Positions 40,801-53,400 of a stretch of DNA of 64,000 nt are shown here, one piece after another. The notes beneath the pieces are model-generated. The model was not told the origin of the DNA. It searched no databases and saw nothing but the letters and a program-made list of their open reading frames with translations. The stretch is from contig OZ024741.1 in NCBI GenBank assembly GCA_964016885.1, positions 8,556,001 through 8,620,000 of the forward strand, in the 5' to 3' direction. The position numbers and the translations under genes were made by a program. The stretch's first letter is position 1. Every line of letters starts with the position of its first letter. This stretch comes from Eledone cirrhosa. Lineage: Eukaryota.

Positions 40801-43800
40801 ACATAGTCGAGGTTTTAGTCACCTCCATGTACACCATAGTGGAGATTTTAGTCACCTCCATGTACAACATAATCGAGGTTTTAGTCACCTACATGTACAA
40901 CATAGTGGAGGTTTTAGTCACCTCCATGTACACCATAGTTTGAGGTTTTAGTCACCTCCATGTACAACATAGTCGAAGTTTTAGTCACCTCCATGTACAA
41001 CATAGTGGAGGTTTTAGTCACCTCCATGTACAACATAGTCGAGGTTTTAGTCACCTCCATGTACAACATAGTCGAGGTTTTAGTCACCTTCATGTACAAC
41101 ATAGTAGAGGTTTTAGTCACATCCATATACAACATAGTCGAGGTTTTAGTCACATCCATGTACAACAGAGTGGAGGTTTTAGTCACCTACATGTACACCA
41201 TAGTCGAGGTTTTAGTCACCTCCATGTACAACATAGTCGAGGTTTTAGTCACCTCCATGTACACCATAGTCGAGGTTTTAATCACCTCCATGTACAACAT
41301 AGTCGAGGTTTTAGTCACCTCCATGTACAACAGAGTGGAGGTTTTAGTCACCTACATGTACACCATAGTCGAGGTTTTAGTCACCTCCATGTACAACATA
41401 GTCGAGGTTTTAGTCACCTCCATGTACACCATAGTCGAGGTTTTAATCACCTCCATGTACAACATAGTCGAGGTTTTAGTCACCTCCATGTACAACATAG
41501 TCGAGGTTTTAATCACCTCCATGTACAACATAATCGAGGTTTTAGTCACCTCTATGTACAACGTAGTCGAGGTTTTAGTGACCTCTATGTACAACATTTC
41601 AAGGTTTTAATCACCTCCATGTACACCATAGTGGAGGTTTTAGTCACCTCCATGTACAACATAGTGGAGGTTTTAGTCACCTCCATGTACACCATAGTGG
41701 AGGTTTCAGTCACCTCCATGTACACCATAGTCGAGGTTTTAGTCACCTCCATGTACAGCATAGTCGAGGTTTTAGTCACCTCCATGTACAACATAGTGGA
41801 GGTTTTAGTCACCTCCATGTACACGATAGTCGAGGTTTGAGTCACCTCCATGTACAACATAGTGGAGGTTTTAGTCACCTCCATGTACACGATAGTCGAG
41901 GTTTGAGTCACCTCCATGTACAACATAGTAGAGGTTTTAGTCACCTCTATGTACAACATAGTCGACGTTTTCGTCACCTCCATGTACAACGTAGTCGAGG
42001 TTTTAGTCACCTCCATGTACAACATATTCGAGGTTTTAGTTACATCCATGTACAACATAGTCGAGGTTTTAGTCACCTCCATGTACAACATAGTCGAGGT
42101 TTTATTCACCTCCATGTACAACATAGTGCAGGTTTTAGTCAGCTCCATGTACAACATAGTCGAGGTTTTAGTCACATCCATGTACACCATAGTGGAGGTT
42201 TTAGTCACCTCCATGTACAACATAATCGAGGTTTTAGTCACCTACATGTACAACATAGTCGAATGTTTTATTCACCTTCATGTACAACATAGTCGAGCTT
42301 TTAGTCACCTCCATATACACCATATTGGAGGTTTTAGTCACCTCCATGTACAACATAGTCGAGGTTTTAGTCACCTCCATGTACAACATAGTCGAGGTTT
42401 TAGTCACCACCATGTACACCATAGTGGAGGTTTAGTCACCTCCATGTACAACATAGTCGAGGTTCTAGTCACCTCCATGTACAACATAGTCGAGGTTTTA
42501 GTCACCTACATGTACAACATAGTCGAGGTTTTAGTCACCTCCATGTACAACATAGTCGAGGTATTAGTCACCTCCATGTACAACATAGTCGAGGTTTTAA
42601 TCAACTCCATGTACAACATAGTCGAGGTTTTAGTCACCTCCATATACAACATATTCGAGGTTTTAGTCACCTCCATGTACACCAGTGGAGGTTTTAGTCA
42701 ACTCCGTGTACAACATAGTGGAGGTTTATAGTCACCTCCATGGACGCCATAGTCGAGTGTTTAGTCACCTCCATGTACAACATAGTGGAGGTTTTAGTCA
42801 CCTCCATGTACAACATAGTCGAGCTTTTAGTCACCTCTATGTACAACATAGTGGAGGTTTTAGTCACCTCCATGTACACCATAGTGGAGGTTTCTGTCAC
42901 CTCCATGTACACCATAGTCGAGGTTTTAGTCACCACCATGTACAACATAGTCGAGGTTTTAGTCACCTCCATGTACAACATAGTCGAGGTTTTAGTCACC
43001 TCCATGTACAACATAGTCGAGGTTTTAGTCACCTCCATGTACAACATAGTCGAGGTTTTAGTCACCTCTATGTACAACATAGTCGACGTTTTCGTCACCT
43101 CCATGTACAACGTAGTCGAGGTTTTAGTCACCTCCATGTACAACATAGTCGAGGTTTTAATCACCTCCATGTACAACATAGTCGAGGTTTTAGTCACCTC
43201 CATGTACACCATAGTCGTGGTTTTAGTCACCTCCATGTACAACAAAGAGGAGGTTTTAGTCACCTCCATGTACAACATAGTCGAGATTTTAGTCACCTCC
43301 ATGTACACCATAGTGGCGGTTTTAGTCATTTCCATGTACACCATAGTGGCGGTTTTAGTCACCTCCATGTACAACATAGTCGAGGTCTTAGTCACGGCCT
43401 ATACAACATAATCAAGGTTTTAGTCACCTCCATGTACACCATAGTCGAGGTTTTAGTCACCTACATGTACAACATAGTCGAGGTTTTAGTCACCTCCATG
43501 TACACCATAGTGGAGGTTTTAGTCACCTCCATGTACAACATAATCGAGGTTTTAGTCACCTACATGTACAACAGTCGAATGTTTTATTCACCTTCATGTA
43601 CAATATAGTCGAGCTTTTAGTCACCTCCATATACGCCATATTGGAGGTTTTAGTCACCTCCATGTACAACATAGTGGAGGTTTTAGTCACCTCCATGTAC
43701 ACCATAGTGGAGGTTTAGTCACCCCCATGTACAACATAGTCGAGGTTTTAGTCACCTCTATGTACAACATAGTCGACGTTTTCGTCACCTCCATGTACAA

Positions 43801-44479
43801 CGTAGTCGAGGTTTTAGTTACATCCATGTACAACATAGTCGAGGTTTTAGTCACCTCCATGTACAACATAATCAAGGTTTTAGTCACCTCCATGTACACC
43901 ATAGTCGAGGTTTTAGTTACATCCATGTACAACATAGTCGAGGTTTTAGTCACCTCCATGTACAACATAATCAAGGTTTTAGTCACCTCCATGTACACCA
44001 TAGTCGAGGTTTTAGTCACCTCCATGTACAACATAGTCGAGGTTTTAGTCACCTCCATGTACAACATAGTGCTGGTTTTAGTCAGCTCCATGTACAACAT
44101 AGTCCATGTTTTAGTCACCTCCATGTACACCATAGTGGAGGTTTTATTCACCTCCATGTACAATATAGTCGAGGTTTTAGTCACCTCCATGTACACCAGA
44201 GTGGAGGGTTTAGTCGCCTACATGTACAACATAGTCGAGGTTTTATTCACCTCCATGTACAACATAGTGCAGGTTTTAGTCAGCTCCATGTACAACATAG
44301 TCGAGGTTTTAGTCACATCCATGTACACCATAGTGGAGGTTTTAGTCACCTCCATGTACAACATAATCGAGGTTTTAGCCACCTACATGTACAACATAGT
44401 CGAATGTTTTATTCACCTTCATGTACAACATAGTCGAGCTTTTAGTCACCTCCATATACACCATATTGGAGGTTTTAGT

Positions 44480-47400
44480 CACCTCCATGTACAACATAGT
44501 CGAGGTTTTAATCAACTCCATGTACAACATAGTCGAGGTTTTAGTCACCTCCATGTACAACATAGTTGAGATTTTAGTCACCTCCATGTACACCAGTGGA
44601 GGTTTTAGTCAACTCCGTGTACAACATAGTGGAGGTTTATAGTCACCTCCATGTACACCATAGTCGAGTGTTTAGTCACCTCCATGTACAACATAGTGGA
44701 GGTTTTAGTCACCTCCATGTACAACATAGTCGAGGTTTTAGTCACCTCCATGTACAACATAGTGGAGGTTTTAGTCACCTCCATGTACACCATAGTGGAG
44801 GTTTCAGTCACCTCCGTGTACAATATAGTCGAGGTTTTAGTCACCTCCATGTACACCTTAGTGGAGGTTTTAGTCGCCTCCATTTACAACATAGTCGAGG
44901 TTTTATTCACCTCCATTTACAATATAGTGCAGGTTTTAGTCAGCTCCATGTTCAACATAGTCGAGGTTTTAGTCACCTCCATGTACACCATAGTGGAGAT
45001 TTTAGTCACCTCCATGTACAACATAATCGAGGTTTTAGTCACCTACATGTACAACATAGTGGAGGTTTTAGTCACCTCCATGTACACCATAGTTTGAGGT
45101 TTTAGTCACCTCCATGTACAACATAGTCGAAGTTTTAGTCACCTCCATGTACAACATAGTCGAGGTTTTAGTCACCTCCATGTACAACATAGTCGCGGTT
45201 TTAGTCACCTCCATGTACACCATAGTGGAGGTTTTAGTCACCTCCATGTACAACATAGTGGAGGTTTTAGTCACCTCCATGTACAACATAGTCGAGGTTT
45301 TAGTCACCTCCATGTACAACATAGTCGAGGTTTTAGTCACCTCCATGTACAACATAGTCGAGGTTTTAGTCACATCCATATACAACATAGTCGAGGTTCT
45401 AGTCACATCCATGTACAACATAGTCGAGGTTTTAGTCACCTCTATGTCCAACGTAGTCGATGTTTTAGTCACCTCCATGTACAACATAGTCGAGGTTTTA
45501 GTCACCTCTATGTACAACACAGTCGAGATTTCAGTCACCTCTGTGTACAACATAGTTGAGGGTTTAGTCACCTCCGTGTACACCATAGTGGAGCTTTTAG
45601 TCACCTCCATATACAACATAGTCGAGGTTTAGTCAGCTCCATGTACACCATAGTTTGAGGTTTTAGTCACCTCCATGTACAAGATAGTCGAGGTTTTAGT
45701 CACCTCCATGTACAACATAGTCGCGGTTTTAGTCACCTCCATGTACACCATATTGGAGGTTTTAGTCACCTCCATGTACAACATAGTCGAGGTTTTAGTC
45801 ACCTCCATGTACAACAGAGTGGAGGTTTTAGTCACCTACATGTACACCATAGTCGAGGTGTTAGTCACCTCCATGTACAACATAGTCGAGGTTTGAGTCA
45901 CCTCCATGTACAACATAGTGGAGGTTTTAGTCACCTCCATGTACACCATAGTCGAGGTTTTAATCACCTCCATGTACAACATAGTCGAGGTTTTAGTCAC
46001 CTCCATGTACGACATAGTCGAGGTTTTAATCACCTCCATGTACAACATAATCGAGGTTTTAGTCACCTCTATGTACAACGTAGTCGAGGTTTTAGTGACC
46101 TCTATGTACAACATTTCAAGGTTTTAATCACCTCCATGTACACCATAGTGGAGGTTTTAGTCACCTCCATGTACAACATAGTGGAGGTTTTAGTCACCTC
46201 CACGTACACATAGTGGAGGTTTCAGTCACCTCCATGTACACCATAGTCGAGATTTTAGTCACCTCCATGTACAGCATAGTCGAGGTTTTAGTCACCTCCA
46301 TGTACAACAAAATCAAGGTTTTAGTCACCTCCATGTACAACATAGTGGAGGTTTTAATCACCTCCATGTACAACATAGTCGAGGTTTTAGTCACCTCCAT
46401 GTACAACGTAGTGGAGGTTTTAGTCACCTCCATGTACACCATAGTGGAGGTTTCAGTCACCTCCGTGTACACCATAGTCGAGGTTTTAGTCAGCTCCATG
46501 TACAACATAGTCGATGTTTTAGTCACCTCCATGTACACCATAGTGGAGATTTTAGTCACCTCCATGTACAACATAATCGAGGTTTTAGTCACCTACATGT
46601 ACAACATAGTGGAGGTTTTAGTCACCTCCATGTACACCATAGTTTGAGGTTTTAGTCACCTCCATGTACAACATAGTCGAAGTTTTAGTCACCTCCATGT
46701 ACAACATAGTCGAGGTTTTAGTCACCTCCATGTACAACATAGTCGCGGTTTTAGTCACCTCCATGTACACCATAGTGGAGGTTTTAGTCACCTCCATGTA
46801 CAACATAGTGGAGGTTTTAGTCACCTCCATGTACAACATAGTCGAGGTTTTAGTCACCTCCATGTACAACATAGTCGAGGTTTTAGTCACCTCCATGTAC
46901 AACATAGTCGAGGTTTTAGTCACATCCATATACAACATAGTCGAGGTTTTAGTCACATCCATGTACAACATAGTCGAGGTTTTAGTCACCTCTATTTCCA
47001 ACGTAGTCGATGTTTTAGTCACCTCCATGTACAACATAGTCGAGGTTTTAGTCACCTTTATGTACAACACAGTCGAGATTTCAGTCACCTCTGTGTACAA
47101 CATAGTTGAGGGTTTAGTCACCTCCGTGTACACCATAGTGGAGCTTTTAGTCACCTCCATATACAACATAGTCGAGGTTTAGTCAGCTCCATGTACAACA
47201 TAGTTTGAGGTTTTAGTCACCTCCATGTACAAGATAGTCGTGGTTTTAGTCACCTCCATGCACAACATAGTCGCGGTTTTAGTCACCTCCATGTACACCA
47301 TAGTGGAGGTTTTAGTCACCTCCATGTACAACATAGTCGAGGTTTTAGTCACCTCCATGTACAACAGAGTGGAGGTTTTAGTCACCTACATGTACACCAT

Positions 47401-50400
47401 AGTCGAGGTGTTAGTCACCTCCATGTACAACATAGTCGAGGTTTGAGTCACCTCCATGTACAACATAGTGGAGGTTTTAGTCACCTCCATGTACACCATA
47501 GTCGAGGTTTTAATCACCTCCATGTACAACATAGTCGAGGTTTTAGTCACCTCCATGTACAACATAGTCGAGGTTTTAATCACCTCCATGTACAACATAA
47601 TCGAGGTTTTAGTCACCTCTATGTACAACGTAGTCGAGGTTTTAGTGACCTCTATGTACAACATTTCAAGGTTTTAATCACCTCCATGTACACCATAGTG
47701 GAGGTTTTAGTCACCTCCATGTACAACATAGTGGAGGTTTTAGTCACCTCCATGTACACCATAGTGGAGGTTTCAGTCACCTCCATGCACACCATAGTCG
47801 AGGTTTTAGTCACCTCCATGTACAGCATAGTGGAGGTTTTAGTCACCTCCATGTACAACATAATCGAGGTTTTAGTCACCTACATGTACAACATAGTCGA
47901 ATGTTTTATTCACCTTCATGTACAACATAGTCGAGCTTTTAGTCACCTCCATATACACCATATTGGAGGTTTTAGTCACCTCCATGTACAACATAGTCGA
48001 GGTTTTAGTCACCTCCATGTACACCATAGTCGAGGTTTTAGTCACCACCATGTACACCATAGTGGAGGTTTAGTCACCTCCATGTACAACATAGTCGAGG
48101 TTTTAGTCACCTCCATGTACAACATAGTCGAGGTTTTAGTCACCTCCATGTACAACATAGTCGAGGTTTTAGTCACCTACATGGACAACATAGTCGATGT
48201 TTTAGACACCTCCATGTACAACATAGTCAAGGTATTAGTCACCTCCATGTACAACATAGTCGAGGTTTTAATCAACTCCATGTACAACATAGTCGAGGTT
48301 TTAGTCACCTCCATGTACAACATAGTCGAGATTTTAGTCACCTCCATGTACACCAGTGGAGGTTTTAGTCAACTCCGTGTACAACATAGTGGAGGTTTAT
48401 AGTCACCTCCATGTACACCATAGTCGAGTGTTAGTCACCTCCATGTACAACATAGTGGAGGTTTTAGTCACCTCCATGTACAACATAGTCGAGCTTTTAG
48501 TCACCTCCATGTACAACATAGTGGAGGTTTTAGTCACCTCCATGTACACCATAGTGGAGGTTTCAGTCACCTCCGTGTACACCATAGTCGAGGTTTTAGT
48601 CAGCTCCATGTACAACATAGTCGATGTTTTAGTCACCTCCATGTACACCATAGTGGAGGTTTTATTCACCTTCATGTACAATATAGTCGAGGTTTTAGTC
48701 ACCTCCATGTACACCATAGTGGAGGTTTTAGTCGCCTCCATTTACAACATAGTCGAGGTTTTATTCACCTCCATGTACAACATAGTGCAGGTTTTAGTCA
48801 GCTCCATGTTCAACATAGTCGAGGTTTTAGTCACCTCCATGTACACCATAGTGGAGATTTTAGTCACCTCCATGTACAACATAATCGAGGTTTTAGTCAC
48901 CTACATGTACAACATAGTGGAGGTTTTAGTCATCTCCATGTACACCATAGTTTGAGGTTTTAGTCACCTCCATTTACAACATAGTCGAAGTTTTAGTCAC
49001 CTCCATGTACAACATAGTCGAGGTTTTAGTCACCTCTATGTACAACATAGTCGCGGTTTTAGTCACCTCCATGTATACCATAGTGGAGGTTTTAGTCACC
49101 TCCATGTACAACATAGTGGAGGTTTTAGTCACCTCCCTGTACAACATAGTCGAGGTTTTAGTCACCTCCATGTACAACATAGTAGAGGTTTTAGTCACAT
49201 CCATATACAACATAGTCGAGGTTTTAGTCACCTCCATGTACACCATATTGGAGGTTTTAGTCACCTCCATGTACAACATAGTCGAGGTTTTAGTCACCTC
49301 CATGTACAACAGAGTGGAGGTTTTAGTCACCTACATGTACACCATAGTCGAGGTGTTATTCACCTCCATGTACAACATAGTCGAGGTTTGAGTCACCTCC
49401 ATGTACAACATAGTGGAGGTTTTAGTCACCTCCATGTACACCATAGTCGAGGTTTTAATCACCTCCATGTACAACATAGTCGAGGTTTTAGTCACCTCCA
49501 TGTACGACATAGTCGAGGTTTTAATCACCTCCATGTACAACATAATCGAGGTTTTAGTCACCTCTATGTACAACGTATTCGAGGTTTTAGTGACCTCTAT
49601 GTACAACATTTCAAGGTTTTAATCACCTCCATGTACACCATAGTGGAGGTTTTAGTCACCTCCATGTACAACATAGTGGAGGTTTTAGTCACCTCCACGT
49701 ACACATAGTGGAGGTTTCAGTCACCTCCATGTACACCATAGTCGAGGTTTTAGTCACCTCCATGTACAGCATAGTCGAGGTTTTAGTCACCTCCATGTAC
49801 AACATAGTGGAGGTTTTAGTCACCTCCATGTACAACATAGTCGAGATTTTAGTCACCTCCATGTAGACCATAGTGGCGGTTTTAGTGAGCTCCATGTACA
49901 ACATTGTCGAGGTTTTAGTCACCTCCATGTACAACATAGTCGAGGTTTTAGTCACCTCCATGTACAACAAAATCAAGGTTTTAGTCACCTCCATGTACAA
50001 CATAGTGGAGGTTTTAATCACCTCCATGTACAACATAGTCGAGGTTTTAGTCACCTCCATGTACAACGTAGTGGAGGTTTTAGTCACCTCCATGTACACC
50101 ATAGTGGAGGTTTCAGTCACCTCCGTGTACACCATAGTCGAGGTTTTAGTCAGCTCCATGTACAACATAGTCGATGTTTTAGTCACCTCCATGTACACCA
50201 TAGTGGAGATTTTAGTCACCTCCATGTACAACATAATCGTGGTTTTAGTCACCTACATGTACAACATAGTGGAGGTTTTAGTCACCTCCATGTACACCAT
50301 AGTTTGAGGTTTTAGTCACCTCCATGTACAACATAGTCGAAGTTTTAGTCACCTCCATGTACAACATAGTCGAGGTTTTAGTCACCTCCATGTACAACAT

Positions 50401-53400
50401 AGTCGCGGTTTTAGTCACCTCCATGTACACCATAGTGGAGGTTTTAGTCACCTCCATGTACAACATAGTGGAGGTTTTAGTCACCTCCATGTACAACATA
50501 GTCGAGGTTTTAGTCACCTCCATGTACAACATAGTCGAGGTTTTAGTCACCTCCATGTACAACATAGTCGAGGTTTTAGTCACATCCATATACAACATAG
50601 TCGAGGTTTTAGTCACATCCATGTACAACATAGTCGAGGTTTTAGTCACCTCTATTTCCAACGTAGTCGATGTTTTAGTCACCTCCATGTACAACATAGT
50701 CGAGGTTTTAGTCACCTTTATGTACAACACAGTCGAGATTTCAGTCACCTCTGTGTACAACATAGTTGAGGGTTTAGTCACCTCCGTGTACACCATAGTG
50801 GAGCTTTTAGTCACCTCCATATACAACATAGTCGAGGTTTAGTCAGCTCCATGTACAACATAGTTTGAGGTTTTAGTCACCTCCATGTACAAGATAGTCG
50901 TGGTTTTAGTCACCTCCATGTACAACATAGTCGCGGTTTTAGTCACCTCCATGTACACCATAGTGGAGGTTTTAGTCACCTCCATGTACAACATATTCGA
51001 GGTTTTAGTCACCTCCATGTACAACAGAGTGGAGGTTTTAGTCACCTACATGTACACCATAGTCGAGGTGTTAGTCACCTCCATGTACAACATAGTCGAG
51101 GTTTGAGTCACCTCCATGTACAACATAGTGGAGGTTTTAGTCACCTCCATGTACACCATAGTCGAGGTTTTAATCACCTCCATGTACAACATAGTCGAGG
51201 TTTTAGTCACCTCCATGTACAACATAGTCGAGGTTTTAATCACCTCCATGTACAACATAATCGAGGTTTTAGTCACCTCTATGTACAACGTAGTCGAGGT
51301 TTTAGAGACCTCTATGTACAACATTTCAAGGTTTTAATCACCTCCATGTACACCATAGTGGAGGTTTTAGTCACCTCCATGTACAACATAGTGGAGGTTT
51401 TAGTCACCTCCATGTACACCATAGTGGAGGTTTCAGTCACCTCCATGTACACCATAGTCGAGGTTTTAGTCACCTCCATGTACAGCATAGTGGAGGTTTT
51501 AGTCACCTCCATGTACAACATAATCGAGGCTTTAGTCACCTACATGTACAACATAGTCGAATGTTTTATTCACCTTCATGTACAACATAGTCGAGCTTTT
51601 AGTCACCTCCATGTACAACATAGTGGAGGTTTTAGTCACCTCCATGTACACCATAGTGGAGGTTTCAGTCACCTCCGTGTACACCATAGTCGAGGTTTTA
51701 GTCAGCTCCATGTACAACATAGTCGATGTTTTAGTCACCTCCATGTACACCATAGTGGAGGTTTTATTCACCTTCATGTACAATATAGTCGAGGTTTTAG
51801 TCACCTCCATGTACACCATAGTGGAGGTTTTAGTCGCCTCCATTTACAACATAGTCGAGGTTTTAGTCACCTCCATGTACAACATAGTCGAGGTTTTAGT
51901 CACATCCATATACAACATAGTCGAGGTTTTAGTCACATCCATGTACAACATAGTCGAGGTTTTAGTCACCTCTATTTCCAACGTAGTCGATGTTTTAGTC
52001 ACCTCCATGTAAAACATAGTCGAGGTTTTAGTCACCTTTATGTACAACACAGTCGAGATTTCAGTCACCTCTGTGTACAACATAGTTGAGGGTTTAGTCA
52101 CCTCCGTGTACACCATAGTGGAGCTTTTAGTCACCTCCATATACAACATAGTCGAGGTTTAGTCAGCTCCATGTACAACATAGTTTGAGGTTTTAGTCAC
52201 CTCCATGTACAAGATAGTCGTGGTTTTAGTCACCTCCATGCACAACATAGTCGCGGTTTTAGTCACCTCCATGTACACCATAGTGGAGGTTTTAGTCACC
52301 TCCATGTACAACATAGTCGAGGTTTTAGTCACCTCCATGTACAACAGAGTGGAGGTTTTAGTCACCTACATGTACACCATAGTCGAGGTGTTAGTCACCT
52401 CCATGTACAACATAGTCGAGGTTTGAGTCACCTCCATGTACAACATAGTGGAGGTTTTAGTCACCTCCATGTACACCATAGTCGAGGTTTTAATCACCTC
52501 CATGTACAACATAGTCGAGGTTTTAGTCACCTCCATGTACAACATAGTCGAGGTTTTAATCACCTCCATGTACAACATAATCGAGGTTTTAGTCACCTCT
52601 ATGTACAACGTAGTCGAGGTTTTAGTGACCTCTATGTACAACATTTCAAGGTTTTAATCACCTCCATGTACACCATAGTGGAGGTTTTAGTCACCTCCAT
52701 GTACAACATAGTGGAGGTTTTAGTCACCTCCATGTACACCATAGTGGAGGTTTCAGTCACCTCCATGCACACCATAGTCGAGGTTTTAGTCACCTCCATG
52801 TACAGCATAGTGGAGGTTTTAGTCACCTCCATGTACAACATAATCGAGGTTTTAGTCACCTACATGTACAACATAGTCGAATGTTTTATTCACCTTCATG
52901 TACAACATAGTCGAGCTTTTAGTCACCTCCATATACACCATATTGGAGGTTTTAGTCACCTCCATGTACAACATAGTCGAGGTTTTAGTCACCTCCATGT
53001 ACACCATAGTCGAGGTTTTAGTCACCACCATGTACACCATAGTGGAGGTTTAGTCACCTCCATGTACAACATAGTCGAGGTTTTAGTCACCTCCATGTAC
53101 AACATAGTCGAGGTTTTAGTCACCTCCATGTACAACATAGTCGAGGTTTTAGTCACCTACATGGACAACATAGTCGATGTTTTAGACACCTCCATGTACA
53201 ACATAGTCAAGGTATTAGTCACCTCCATGTACAACATAGTCGAGGTTTTAATCAACTCCATGTACAACATAGTCGAGGTTTTAGTCACCTCCATGTACAA
53301 CATAGTCGAGATTTTAGTCACCTCCATGTACACCAGTGGAGGTTTTAGTCAACTCCGTGTACAACATAGTGGAGGTTTATAGTCACCTCCATGTACACCA

